The notes under the pieces are model-generated. The model was not told where the DNA came from. It ran no database searches and worked only from the letters and a program-made list of their open reading frames with translations. Positions 19,938-29,367 of a stretch of 36,789 nt of DNA are shown one piece after another. Each line of letters opens with the position of its first letter. Within the stretch, counting starts at the first letter, position 1. The DNA is from Dokdonella sp. (GTDB lineage: Bacteria > Pseudomonadota > Gammaproteobacteria > Xanthomonadales > Rhodanobacteraceae): assembly GCA_039919785.1 (NCBI GenBank), contig JBDSFA010000292.1, forward strand, positions 1-36,789, in the 5' to 3' direction. The translations under genes were made by a program, and so were the position numbers.

Positions 19938-20501
19938 ATGAGAGCAGCCGAGATCAAGAAGGGCAACGTCGTCGAGCACGACGGCAAGGTCTATCAGATT
20001 CGCGATATCGAACGCAGCTCGCCGCAAGGCCGCGGCGGCAACGTCAAGTTCCGTTTCATCATGTACAGCGTGCCCGGCGCACAGAAGCTCGACATCACGC
20101 TCGGCGCTGAAGACGACCTCAAGGAAACCGAGGTCACGCGCCGACCGGTCACGTACTCGTACATGGACGGCGAAGCATTCGTGTTCATGGATATCGAGGA
20201 CTACACGCAGTACACGCTCGATGCGAACGTGGTCGGCGATTCCGCCGGCTATATCGCCGAGGGCATTGAGGGCTGCCAGATCCAGCTCATCGACGATGCG
20301 CCGGTTGCGGTGCTGTTGCCGCAATCGGTAACGCTCGAAGTTATCGACACCGCACCGGAACTGAAGGGTGCGACGGCGACCAAGCGACCGAAACCGGCGA
20401 AGTTGTCGACCGGCATCGAGATTCAGGTGCCGGAGTACATCACGACAGGCGAGAAGATCGTGGTCAACACGACCACAGGCGAATTTGCCGGCCGAGCCTG
20501 A
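19938..20501 (+). CDS. yeiP: Elongation factor P-like protein EfpL/YeiP
   Basis: EF-P fold; loop SPQGRGG with Arg at the tip (EfpL-type, not PGKG); [30 protein letters not shown]. Confidence 0.88.
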   Translation: MRAAEIKKGNVVEHDGKVYQIRDIERSSPQGRGGNVKFRFIMYSVPGAQKLDITLGAEDDLKETEVTRRPVTYSYMDGEAFVFMDIEDYTQYTLDANVVGDSAGYIAEGIEGCQIQLIDDAPVAVLLPQSVTLEVIDTAPELKGATATKRPKPAKLSTGIEIQVPEYITTGEKIVVNTTTGEFAGRA

Positions 20502-20504
20502 ACC

Positions 20505-20540
20505 CTGCTTGCGCGATGCCCGAAGGCATTGCGCAAGCGG
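20505..20540. terminator. Strong hairpin between convergent genes (likely bidirectional terminator)
   Basis: CTGCTTGCGCGATGCC-CGAA-GGCATTGCGCAAGCGG, a 16-bp stem with G-U pairs; no clear U-tract. Confidence 0.55.
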
Positions 20541-20555
20541 CCGCTGAAAAAGCAC

Positions 20556-20822
20556 TCACACGAAACCGATGTCGTGCTCGCCATGCATCGACATCACCAG
20601 TTTTACCATGCTGGTCGGCACCATGATTTCGAGCTCCAGTGACTCGCTGCTCGGTCCCTTGCCGGCAAGCGTCATCCCGAAAAACGCACCAGAAGCGTCG
20701 ATCTCTGCGCAGACGATGTGCGCACCTCCCGGCCCTTCGCGCAGATACGGTTTTATCGGTTCGCCGAGGGCCTCGATCGCTTGGGGAAAGAGAAAAACGG
20801 CATAGTTCATCGGCTCGGTCAT
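20556..20822 (-). CDS. Small hypothetical protein
   Basis: MTEPMNYAVFLFPQAIEALGEPIKPYL...ELEIMVPTSMVKLVMS...IGFV; 88 aa; downstream of purT; globular beta-rich pattern. Confidence 0.75.
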   Translation of the reverse strand: MTEPMNYAVFLFPQAIEALGEPIKPYLREGPGGAHIVCAEIDASGAFFGMTLAGKGPSSESLELEIMVPTSMVKLVMSMHGEHDIGFV

Positions 20823-20853
20823 GACATTCCCGCAGGGATTCCAGGTTGCTTCG

Positions 20854-22035
20854 TCACAACTGGACGGAGAGCTTTGCAGCCGCACGCACGGCCTTCGCAA
20901 CCGCTGATTCGATATCGACATCGCGCGCGAGAGTAACCGCCATGCGTCGCTGGCCGCGCACTTCGGGCTTGCCGAACAGACGCAACATCGTATCGGGCTC
21001 GGCCAGGGCGTCGGCGACGCCGTGGTAGCGCGGACGATCGCCTTCGCCTGAGGCAAGCACCGCGCAGGACGCCGACGGCCCGACTTGGCGGATATGCGGG
21101 ATTGGCAAGCCGAGGATTGCGCGCGCATGCAGCGCGAATTGCGGAAGATCCTGCGAGATCAGCGTGACCAGCCCCGTGTCGTGCGGGCGCGGACTGACTT
21201 CGGAAAAAATGACCGTGTCGCCCTTGACGAAGAACTCGACGCCGAACACACCGCGACCGCCGAGTGCAGCCGTGATCGCGGCGGCCTGGCGCTGCGCTTC
21301 CGCGAGCGCCGCGTCGCTCATGGCCTGCGGCTGCCACGATTCGCGATAATCGCCTTGCTCCTGCCGATGGCCGATCGGTGCGCAGAAACTCGTGCCGCCG
21401 ACATGGCGCACGGTCAGCTGGGTGATCTCGTAGTCGAAATCGACAAAGCCTTCGATGATGCACCGCCCTTTGCCGGCGCGTCCTCCCGATTGCGCATAGT
21501 CCCAGGCTGCGTCGGCCTCTTCCTTGCGACGTACCGTGCTCTGGCCCTTGCCCGAACTGCTCATCACTGGCTTGATCACGAACGGCAACCCGATCGCCCC
21601 GATCGCGGTGCGGTATTCCTCTTTCGTATCGACGAATCGATACGGCGACGTCGGCAATCCAAGTTCCTCGGCAGCCAGCCGCCGGATGCCTTCGCGATCC
21701 ATGGTCAGCCATGCCGCGCGCGCAGTCGGTATGACGACCAGGCCGCCTTTCTCCATTTCGATCAGGGTCGGCGTATGGATCGCTTCGATTTCGGGCACGA
21801 CGTAGTCGGGTTTTTCCAGCTCGATCACCCGGCGCAATTGCGCACCATCGAGCATGTTGATCACATGCGAGCGATGCGCGACCTGCATCGCGGGCGCGTT
21901 CGCATAGCGGTCCACCGCAATCACCTCGACCGCGAAGCGTTGCAATTCGATCGCGACCTCCTTGCCGAGCTCGCCTGAACCGAGCAACAGCACGCGAATC
22001 GCGGTATCGGTGTGGGGCGTGCCGAAGGGTTTCAT
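20854..22035 (-). CDS. purT: Formate-dependent phosphoribosylglycinamide formyltransferase
   Basis: [59 protein letters not shown]; 393 aa. Confidence 0.97.
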   Translation of the reverse strand: MKPFGTPHTDTAIRVLLLGSGELGKEVAIELQRFAVEVIAVDRYANAPAMQVAHRSHVINMLDGAQLRRVIELEKPDYVVPEIEAIHTPTLIEMEKGGLVVIPTARAAWLTMDREGIRRLAAEELGLPTSPYRFVDTKEEYRTAIGAIGLPFVIKPVMSSSGKGQSTVRRKEEADAAWDYAQSGGRAGKGRCIIEGFVDFDYEITQLTVRHVGGTSFCAPIGHRQEQGDYRESWQPQAMSDAALAEAQRQAAAITAALGGRGVFGVEFFVKGDTVIFSEVSPRPHDTGLVTLISQDLPQFALHARAILGLPIPHIRQVGPSASCAVLASGEGDRPRYHGVADALAEPDTMLRLFGKPEVRGQRRMAVTLARDVDIESAVAKAVRAAAKLSVQL

Positions 22036-22154
22036 GCGCGGGTCCGGATTGCGGGGCCGCGATTGTACTGGAGGTCGCAGAACGCCCGCGCCACGGGCTG
22101 GGGCTGGCACAATGCGGACTGACGCCGTCAATCCCGTAGCCGATGGAATCGCGC

Positions 22155-23630
22155 ATGCGCCTCGCTCTTCAAGGTCATCCATTGCCGGGCCACCACTGGT
22201 TGGCCTGCCTGCTTGTCCTGCCCCTGTTAGCGCAAGCCGCTCCCGTGCAGGACCAGTGGTTCACGGTGCTGCTCGATGGCCGCAAGATCGGCTCTTTCGA
22301 ATCGCGCCGGGATGTTCATGGCGGCAAGGTGGTGACTTTGCAGAAACTCGACATGGTGCTCGACCGCGCCGGCTCGCATGTAGCGCTCAGCAATGCCGAG
22401 ACGTCGACCGAAAGCGTGGATGGCCTGCCGCTCGCGTTCCGCAGCGTGTCGCGGTTGTCGGGTAGCGAGACATCGATCGACGGCACCGTGCGCGACGGCG
22501 TGGTGGCCATCGTCACGCATACGGGCGGCGACCAGCAGAAACGCAGCATGCCCTGGCCGGCAGGTGCATTGTTGCCTGAAGGCGTGCGGCTGGCGGCCTT
22601 GCGTGCGGGGCTCGAAGCCGGCACCCGCTATCGCGTGCTGTCATTCCAGCCATCGAGTCTTGACGCGGCGGAAATCACCAGCGTCGTCGGCGCAAGGGAA
22701 GCCGTCAACCTGCCCGCTGGACGCATGAATCTGAGCCCCATCGAGCAGACGATCGCGTTCGCAGGTTCGCCGCTGCAGAGCCGTGCCTGGGTTGATGCGG
22801 AACAGACGATCTACAAACTGACGATGCCGATCCTCGGCGTCGAACTGACCCTGCTCGCCTGCAATCATGCCTGCGCGACGGCGCCGAACCAGGGCAGTGA
22901 TGTGTTCGCGCGCACGCTGATGGCGTCGCCACGACCGCTGCAAGCGACCGAACTCGCGGGCACGATGCGCTACACCTTGAATGCGCGCGACCATGGCGCA
23001 GCACTCAACCTGCCGCAGACCGACGAGCAACGTGTCGTGCGCGACGGCGACGCGTGGGTAGTGACGATCCAGAGTGCCAGCGCATCGCTCGATGAGCCGC
23101 GGCCTGCCGCGGAAGACTACCTGCCGAATGACTGGCTGCAGAGCAAGGCACCCGAAGTGGCGCAGCTGGCCGAACGCGCGGTCGGCAACGTGAAGGACCC
23201 GCGCGAACGCATGCAGCGCATCGAAACCTTCGTGCGCGGTTACATCCGCAACAAGACGCTCGACGTCGGCTACGCCTCGGCACTCGAAGTCGCCCGCAAA
23301 CCCGAAGGCGATTGCACCGAGCACGCCGTCCTCGTGGCCGCGCTCGGTCGCGCCAGCGGCATTGCGACGCGCGTCGTCGACGGCCTCGCCTACGCACCCG
23401 GCTTTGCCGGCAAGGACCAGGTGTTCGTGCCGCACGCGTGGGCGCAGGCCTTCGTCGACGGGCGCTGGCAGAGTTTCGATGCAGCCTTGGCCGGCTTCGA
23501 TGCCGGCCATATCGCGCTCGCCGTCGGCGACGGTGACCCGTGGCGCTTCTACTCAGGCCTCGACATGCTTGGCCGCATCGAGTTGCGCCAGGTCGAGGCG
23601 ATTGCCGACAAGGCGCCAGCGACTCCCTGA
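22155..23630 (+). CDS. Secreted transglutaminase-like (Cys-His-Asp) protein
   Basis: Signal peptide ending AQA; GDCTEHA, PHAWAQ, WQSFDA triad motifs. Start may be 22143. Confidence 0.87.
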   Translation: MRLALQGHPLPGHHWLACLLVLPLLAQAAPVQDQWFTVLLDGRKIGSFESRRDVHGGKVVTLQKLDMVLDRAGSHVALSNAETSTESVDGLPLAFRSVSRLSGSETSIDGTVRDGVVAIVTHTGGDQQKRSMPWPAGALLPEGVRLAALRAGLEAGTRYRVLSFQPSSLDAAEITSVVGAREAVNLPAGRMNLSPIEQTIAFAGSPLQSRAWVDAEQTIYKLTMPILGVELTLLACNHACATAPNQGSDVFARTLMASPRPLQATELAGTMRYTLNARDHGAALNLPQTDEQRVVRDGDAWVVTIQSASASLDEPRPAAEDYLPNDWLQSKAPEVAQLAERAVGNVKDPRERMQRIETFVRGYIRNKTLDVGYASALEVARKPEGDCTEHAVLVAALGRASGIATRVVDGLAYAPGFAGKDQVFVPHAWAQAFVDGRWQSFDAALAGFDAGHIALAVGDGDPWRFYSGLDMLGRIELRQVEAIADKAPATP

Positions 23631-23639
23631 CGGAAACGA

Positions 23640-23668
23640 CCGGCGACGCTCGGCACGAGCATCGCCGG
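23640..23668. terminator. Hairpin between convergent genes
   Basis: CCGGCGA-C-GCTCG-GCA-CGAGC-A-TCGCCGG; no U-tract. Confidence 0.45.
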
Positions 23669-23696
23669 ACTCCTGCTTCGGCTTGGCGGAACGGAT

Positions 23697-25391
23697 TCAG
23701 TCGAAACCGTTCTTGAAGATGGTGTCGTCCGAGTTCACGACATGGATCGTCCACGTGCGTTTATGGTCGAGAAGTGCTCCCGCCATGGAAGGCGCAACGA
23801 ACGTCGTCAGATCCTTTGCGCGCAATTCAAGCGTATGCGTGGTCGGCGATGCACTCACTTGGCTGAAGGTGTAGCTCGACGATGTCGCAGCGTTGATCGG
23901 ATTGCCGTCGAGATACCAGTGCACGTCGAGCGTGCCGACGGTCGGCTGCAACAGCGTCGCCTGGAAAACCTGGTTCGTGCCTGCAGGATAACTAACCTCT
24001 GTGGCCGTCGACGGCGATTCCGTACCCGGTTCAATCAGGTCGATGCCGTTCACGGGCACGCCGAAGCCACCGCGATAGAGTGTGCGTACGTATTCCTGCC
24101 GACACACCGGGCAGAACGGCTTGCCGAGGTATTGCATCAGGCATTCCTGATCGACAGGGCGATACATGCCGGTCGTCAGATAACGCGCACCCTGGAACAG
24201 ACCGACGCCTGCATGGCCCGAAGGCGTCGGAATCGCATTGCCTGGTGTGAACCATGTCGCCCACTTCACCTGCGCGGCGATGGTCTGGTTGGTGACGTTG
24301 GGCTCACAGAGCGCGTTGCCGGAAATATCGCTGCACCCGGGAAAGCCGGGGTAGGCGCTGGAATATTCGTCGGCAAGGTGACTGAAGCTGTGACCGAATT
24401 CGTGCAGGATGATCTGCTTGGCCTGCGCGTGCGTTGACGTCACCGATATGTTGCCGCCAGATCCGCCGTAAGTGGCATCGTTCACCACGACGAAGATCTT
24501 GTCCCAACCCGGATAGGCTGCTGCTGCTGCAAGCACAAGGGATTGGTTGACCGTCACCAGGCGCTGGATCTGCGACGTGCAGAATTGCGCGTTGAATGCC
24601 GTGTTGACGTATTGACCACCCAGCGGATCGCCGTTTGCGCTGGGATCGGAACAACAGCTCGAATTGGAGCATCCAGACTGATACGGCGGATGATCCGCGC
24701 CAGACTGGACCGAGGCAACGAAGCCTGTCGTCCAGTTCACGAAACTCTGATACTCATGATACGGCGTCAAGCCGAAGAACGAATCGTGGAGTACCGTTGC
24801 ATCGGTATTGAACTGCGACTGCTGTGCACTGGTGTAGCCATCGCCAACCACGAGCAGGTCGAGACGGTTGGCCGAGTTGCCACTGCTCGGCTCGCGCGCA
24901 ATCTGCAGGGCGGGCATGCTGGCGGCGAGCGAGAGCGTGCGCGCGCTCGCGGCGAGCATATCCAGATCGATCCGCTGGCTGCTGCTCTTGTGCGCGAATT
25001 CGAGGGCATCCGCATCCGCAACCGGTATGCGCATAACGAAACTTCGATCCACTTTTGCGACCGCATACGCATCGATCGATCCATCACCGTGTTCCGGGTC
25101 ATGCGCGAATTCACCGCGCAGGTTCGGCATCGTGACGAACTGTTCGCCCAGATCCTTGCCATGACGCCATGCGTGATACGCAACGCTTTCCTCTCGCATG
25201 GACGCCGTCGCGACTGCTGCGTTCGATGCTGGAGAAGGCGCAGCCAATTCGACCTCGGTATAGAAGACCGGCTGCACGCGGTCGTCTACATCCATTGTGA
25301 AGACGATATAGCGCGTCGGCACAGCGAATGCCGACGTCGACACGAGGACGGCCATCATGGCTGGCGCTGTCATCCATTGACGTGATTTCAT
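23697..25391 (-). CDS. Secreted M64 (IgA peptidase-like) zinc metallopeptidase with Ig-like C-terminal domain
   Basis: Signal peptide ending AFA; NRLDLLVVGDGYT, YGGSGG, HEFGHSFSHLADEY, EPNVT, GLFQGA, YRP..CLM..FCPVC; ends in DTIFKNGFD. Confidence 0.9.
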   Translation of the reverse strand: MKSRQWMTAPAMMAVLVSTSAFAVPTRYIVFTMDVDDRVQPVFYTEVELAAPSPASNAAVATASMREESVAYHAWRHGKDLGEQFVTMPNLRGEFAHDPEHGDGSIDAYAVAKVDRSFVMRIPVADADALEFAHKSSSQRIDLDMLAASARTLSLAASMPALQIAREPSSGNSANRLDLLVVGDGYTSAQQSQFNTDATVLHDSFFGLTPYHEYQSFVNWTTGFVASVQSGADHPPYQSGCSNSSCCSDPSANGDPLGGQYVNTAFNAQFCTSQIQRLVTVNQSLVLAAAAAYPGWDKIFVVVNDATYGGSGGNISVTSTHAQAKQIILHEFGHSFSHLADEYSSAYPGFPGCSDISGNALCEPNVTNQTIAAQVKWATWFTPGNAIPTPSGHAGVGLFQGARYLTTGMYRPVDQECLMQYLGKPFCPVCRQEYVRTLYRGGFGVPVNGIDLIEPGTESPSTATEVSYPAGTNQVFQATLLQPTVGTLDVHWYLDGNPINAATSSSYTFSQVSASPTTHTLELRAKDLTTFVAPSMAGALLDHKRTWTIHVVNSDDTIFKNGFD

Positions 25392-25484
25392 GAGCTTCCT
25401 TCCCGAGCGTTGAACCGCGGAGCGCGGCGGTGCGTGAGCCTAGCACCGGTGCTGCGTCCGCAGCTGGCTTCGCGCGCGTTTCTT

Positions 25485-25521
25485 TGCTTGCAAGCACAAT
25501 AATGATATCATTTTGATACCA
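25485..25521 (+). promoter_or_regulatory. Promoter/operator of the SPFH-RHH operon
   Basis: TGATATCA (25503-25510) and TGATACCA (25514-25521) boxes at 11-bp period overlap an extended -10 TG-A-TATCAT. A second perfect palindrome TGCTTGCAAGCA (25485-25496) covers the -35 zone. Confidence 0.65.
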
Positions 25522-25539
25522 CACTATTGGGGGCCCACA

Positions 25540-26418
25540 ATGAACGAACGCAATGCGTTTTCGCTGGCCGGCATTCCGGTCGTGATGATTCTCATAGCCG
25601 CTTGGGTCCTGACCGGTTTCTGGCTATTCGCCACGGTCACCAGTCAGCCTCAACCGGGGCTGGGGCAGATCCTGCCCATCGTCCCGCTTTTCATCCTGCT
25701 CGGATTCCTCGGCAAGGGCTTCTTCCAGGTCCAGCCGAACCAGGGCCAGGTACTGCAGCTGTTCGGCCACTATTCCGGCACCGTGCGCGACGAAGGGCTG
25801 CGCTGGACAAATCCGTTCTACGCGAAGCGCCCGATCTCCCTGCGCGTACGCAACTTCGAATCGAGCAAGCTCAAGGTCAACGACAGCGATGGCAATCCGA
25901 TCGAGATCGCGGCTGTCGTGGTCTGGCAGGTCGTCGACACCGCCGAAGCGGTGTTCTGTGTCGATGACTACGAAAATTACGTGCAGATCCAGTCGGAATC
26001 GGCACTGCGTCAGATGGCGCAAAGCTATCCCTACGACTCGCACGACACCAAGGAACCTTCGCTGCGCAGCCATGGCGACGTGGTCAACTCGCATCTGCGT
26101 GACGAGATCCAGCAGCGCCTCGGCAAGGCCGGCGTGAAAGTCGTGGAGTCGCGTATCAGCCACCTCGCCTACGCGCAGGAAATCGCACAGGCAATGCTGC
26201 AACGCCAGCAGGCAGGCGCGATCATTGCGGCGCGCACGCGCATCGTCGAAGGCGCCGTGAGCATGGTCGAGATGGCATTGACCGAGCTAGGCAAGCGCGG
26301 CGTGGTCGACCTCGACAACGAGCGCAAGGCAGCGATGGTCAGCAACCTGCTCGTCGTGCTCTGCGGCGAGCGCGGCACGCAGCCGGTGGTCAACACCGGC
26401 AGCTTGTACACCGGCTGA
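25540..26418 (+). CDS. SPFH/band-7 domain membrane protein
   Basis: Two N-terminal TMs; [61 protein letters not shown]. Confidence 0.93.
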   Translation: MNERNAFSLAGIPVVMILIAAWVLTGFWLFATVTSQPQPGLGQILPIVPLFILLGFLGKGFFQVQPNQGQVLQLFGHYSGTVRDEGLRWTNPFYAKRPISLRVRNFESSKLKVNDSDGNPIEIAAVVVWQVVDTAEAVFCVDDYENYVQIQSESALRQMAQSYPYDSHDTKEPSLRSHGDVVNSHLRDEIQQRLGKAGVKVVESRISHLAYAQEIAQAMLQRQQAGAIIAARTRIVEGAVSMVEMALTELGKRGVVDLDNERKAAMVSNLLVVLCGERGTQPVVNTGSLYTG

Positions 26419-26606
26419 TGAGCGAGAAAAAAGCCTATCCGCTGCGCATCAGCGCGCCGGTGCTGGATGCGATGCAGCGCTGGTCGAACGACGAACTGCG
26501 CTCGCTCAATGCGCAGATCGAATACGTGTTGCGCGAGGCGTTGCAAAAGGCCGGCCGGTTGAAGCCGCCGCAGAAACCGAAAGCCGTCGCCGGCGGCTCC
26601 GCGTGA
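26418..26606 (+). CDS. Arc-family ribbon-helix-helix DNA-binding protein
   Basis: KKAYPLRI...W..DELRSLNAQIEYVLREAL; start overlaps the SPFH stop. Confidence 0.9.
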   Translation: MSEKKAYPLRISAPVLDAMQRWSNDELRSLNAQIEYVLREALQKAGRLKPPQKPKAVAGGSA

Positions 26607-27370
26607 ACCGTTCACCGCCGCAGCTACGCATAGCCGTATTGCTCGGTATTGCCTGCGCGACCGCGGCTGCAGCGTTGTTTCCATACGTGCTGGCGCTGCA
26701 GCCCACCGCTCTTGCAACCGCCAGCGCCAAGATGCACCTGCCGCCGGCCGCAGTTGTCGCTGTCCAATCCGGCGCCAGCGGCATCCTCTGCTTCCTGCTC
26801 GCCTGGGCGGGCCTGAAACTCGGTGCACCGCTCGGGCTCGGCGCACCGTGGCTGGCGGAACTCACGTATGGACGAGAACGCCCCCGCACGTCGAACTGGC
26901 TTTCTGCCATCGTGCTCGGCGCGATCGCTGCGTGCGTCATTCTAGGCGCGATCGCACTCTTCGGTGCGCCGATCGCGAACTCGGCGACGGTGCCCGACCC
27001 TGTCGCGTGGAAGGGCCTGTTGGCCTCTCCGTACGGAGGAATCGCCGAGGAAATCGAGCTGCGCGTATTCGTGATGGGCTGCTTGGCCTGGCTGCTCGCA
27101 CGCGCGACAGGTGGTGCGCCAATCGCTTGGGGAATGGTCATTGCTGTTGTTACGACGAGTGTGCTGTTTGGAATCGGCCACCTGCCGCTGGCCGCGCAGC
27201 TCGGACCGTTGACGACCTCGATCGTCACGCGCGTGATTGTCTACAACGCGCTCGGCGGACTCGTATTCGGCTGGCTGTACTGGAAGCGCGGCCTCGAACA
27301 CGCGATGCTCGCGCATTTCTGCGCGGATCTGGCGGTGCATGCGGCAGCTCCGCTCGCAATGGGTGGCTGA
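26603..27370 (+). CDS. CPBP/Abi (type II CAAX) intramembrane glutamic protease
   Basis: Multi-TM; EEIELR, LFGIGH, GLEHAMLAHFCAD motifs; GTGA overlap with the RHH gene. Confidence 0.88.
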   Translation: MNRSPPQLRIAVLLGIACATAAAALFPYVLALQPTALATASAKMHLPPAAVVAVQSGASGILCFLLAWAGLKLGAPLGLGAPWLAELTYGRERPRTSNWLSAIVLGAIAACVILGAIALFGAPIANSATVPDPVAWKGLLASPYGGIAEEIELRVFVMGCLAWLLARATGGAPIAWGMVIAVVTTSVLFGIGHLPLAAQLGPLTTSIVTRVIVYNALGGLVFGWLYWKRGLEHAMLAHFCADLAVHAAAPLAMGG

Positions 27371-27437
27371 GCTGCCGCTCAGCTGCAATACAGACGGTCG
27401 TGATAGCGTGCGCGACACCTTTCACGGAGATGATCAC

Positions 27438-28133
27438 ATGCTGATTCGAACGCTGACACTGGCCTTGCTGCTCGGCGCGACGCAAGCGCACGCGGCACCG
27501 AAAAAACACAAACCAGCCCCGCCAGCGCGAGAGACGGCGGCAACGCCCGATGCGATCGATGTCGATGCGATGGCGCGTGCGAAGGACGCTGCTGCCAGCA
27601 CGGGCGCGCCGGCCGATGCGCCAACACCGAGCGCCGCGCCGGACGCATCGGCTCCCCCTGCGACGAGCGACGCGCCCAAGGAAAAGGAAGCCGCGGCACC
27701 GTCACCCGCCGATACGGCACCAGCAACGAACAACGCGGCGCAATCGGAAACGAGTTCTACGGGCACGCCGCCACTGCTGGCGCCGACGCCAGACGAGAGC
27801 GAACGCCGCCTCGCTTCCGCATGCGAAGCGCGCGCGACGGCGCTGCTCGACGCTGCGCAGAAGGCCGACTACGCAGGCGCGACCAAGGACTTCGACGCGA
27901 AGATGCACACGGCACTGCCGCCGGCCAAGTTCAAGCAGACCTGGGAATCACTGGAAAAATTCGGCACCCTGACCGCTCGCGGACAGACCCACCTGGCCAA
28001 GGGCGATGGCTACATCGCGGTGACGATCCCTTTGCTGTTCGAGAAAGCCAATCTCTATGCGCAGGTCGCTTGCGGCAGCGACGGCCGTATCGCCGGTTTC
28101 TATGTCAAACCGCTGAACGTGCCGCAGTCGTGA
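27438..28133 (+). CDS. Secreted protein with Pro/Ala/Thr-rich disordered linker and C-terminal DUF3887-like domain
   Basis: GGAG RBS; signal peptide ending AHA; C-terminal DFDAKM..ALP...W..L..FG...FEK...DGRIAGFY. Confidence 0.75.
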   Translation: MLIRTLTLALLLGATQAHAAPKKHKPAPPARETAATPDAIDVDAMARAKDAAASTGAPADAPTPSAAPDASAPPATSDAPKEKEAAAPSPADTAPATNNAAQSETSSTGTPPLLAPTPDESERRLASACEARATALLDAAQKADYAGATKDFDAKMHTALPPAKFKQTWESLEKFGTLTARGQTHLAKGDGYIAVTIPLLFEKANLYAQVACGSDGRIAGFYVKPLNVPQS

Positions 28134-28173
28134 CAAAAAGGCAGACGCACGCACCGATCGACGGAAGGGTGGC

Positions 28174-28761
28174 TTGAGCGTGACAGCGCCTGCCCCGCCG
28201 GCACGCTGCGATGCGCAGCAGCGTCGCACGATCCTGCTTGAAGCACGCGCGCTTGGAGTCCCGCTCGACTATGGTCGAGTGCGCCGCTTGAACATCGTGC
28301 GCGAGCCGCGCGCGCTCGCGAGCATCGGCGAGGATATCCATGCGCGTGTGCAGTGGTTGGCCCCGCGTGCCGCGCGCGCATTCGAACGCATGCACACGGC
28401 CGCCGCCGCTGACGCGATCGAGTTGCAACTCGTGTCCGCGTTCCGTTCGACGGAATATCAGCTGGGAATACTCAAGCGCAAACTCGAGCGCGGCCAGTCG
28501 ATGGACGAAATCCTGCGCGTCAGCGCGGCGCCCGGATACAGCGAACATCACAGCGGCCGTGCAATTGACCTGACCTCGCCCGGCTACCCTGCCCTCGAAG
28601 AGACGTTTGAAGCATCCCCGGCATTTGCATGGTTGTGCAGGCGGGCATCGCAGTTCGGCTTCACCCTCTCCTACCCGCGTGGCAATCCGCATCGGATCGC
28701 GTACGAGCCGTGGCACTGGTGCTGGCAGGCGCGGCATCGCATGCGGGCTACGTCTTCGTAG
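28174..28761 (+). CDS. D-Ala-D-Ala carboxypeptidase, M15B/VanY family
   Basis: VSAFRS..YQ, SAAPGYSEHHSGRAIDL, YEPWHW. Start uncertain (TTG 28174 or GTG 28180). Confidence 0.9.
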   Translation: MSVTAPAPPARCDAQQRRTILLEARALGVPLDYGRVRRLNIVREPRALASIGEDIHARVQWLAPRAARAFERMHTAAAADAIELQLVSAFRSTEYQLGILKRKLERGQSMDEILRVSAAPGYSEHHSGRAIDLTSPGYPALEETFEASPAFAWLCRRASQFGFTLSYPRGNPHRIAYEPWHWCWQARHRMRATSS

Positions 28762-28838
28762 CGTTGGTCGCCAGGTTTCAGGCGCCGCGCATGTGCGGGA
28801 TGAGTGTCAGCGCCTGCGCGGTTTCCACTCGCGATCGC

Positions 28839-29228
28839 TCACTCAACCTCACGCCACGCGTGCAGCGCGAGCGCAAGCCAGCCAATGATGAAGGCGACAC
28901 CACCCAGAGGCGTGATCGCTCCGACCCAACGCGGCGCTCCGAGTGCAAGCGCGTACAGACTTGCGCAGAACAGCACACCGCCGATGACGAAAGCGAATGC
29001 CGAACAGCGCAGTGCCACGTCCGCGCGTTCGCGCGCGAGCACGCCGACGGCCAGCAACGCGAGCGCGTGCCAGAACTGATACTCGACGGCCGTGTGCCAA
29101 GTCGACAGCGCATGCTCGTCGAGGAGGCCACGCAGCGCATGCGCACCAAAGGCGCCAAGCGCAACAGCAGTGGCACCGGACACAGACGCCGCAACCAAAG
29201 CCAGCCGTGCTGGATTCATGCCGGACAT
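28839..29228 (-). CDS. DUF423 (YgdD/TMEM256) membrane protein
   Basis: VALGAFGAHAL, TAVEYQFWHALALL, LFCASLY, GAITPLGG...GW. Confidence 0.92.
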   Translation of the reverse strand: MSGMNPARLALVAASVSGATAVALGAFGAHALRGLLDEHALSTWHTAVEYQFWHALALLAVGVLARERADVALRCSAFAFVIGGVLFCASLYALALGAPRWVGAITPLGGVAFIIGWLALALHAWREVE

Positions 29229-29282
29229 CGACCCAGAACGCTGCCTTCCTTGAAACTCACGCCAACACCTCGCACTGTCGTC

Positions 29283-29358
29283 TGAGGGAGCGCCGGAAGG
29301 CGCGATGCTTGTTGCTTCACGACCCAAACCATCCCTGCCCTCGCCTTGAAGGGGAGGG
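29283..29358 (-). repeat. Composite BoxC-like plus REP element
   Basis: Minus strand CCCTCCCCTTCAAGGCGAGGGCAGGGATGGTTT-spacer-AGCATCGCGCCTTCCGGCGCTCCCTCA; same module order as 376-474. Confidence 0.8.
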
Positions 29359-29367
29359 CTTAGGGAA

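Noticed and set aside
22036-22154. Purine/ZTP riboswitch upstream of purT, or a sigma54 site at TGGCAC 22105
   Set aside because: Short divergent region with no recognisable aptamer; the -12 TTGC is missing.
26603-27370. Abortive-infection defence system
   Set aside because: The Abi label for CPBP proteases is historical; no defence-island context here.
27500-27800. Tandem repeat in the DUF3887 protein
   Set aside because: Low-complexity Pro/Ala/Thr linker with no true nucleotide repeat unit.
28174-28761. Vancomycin-resistance locus
   Set aside because: A lone M15B carboxypeptidase with no vanHAX/vanRS; a common housekeeping enzyme.
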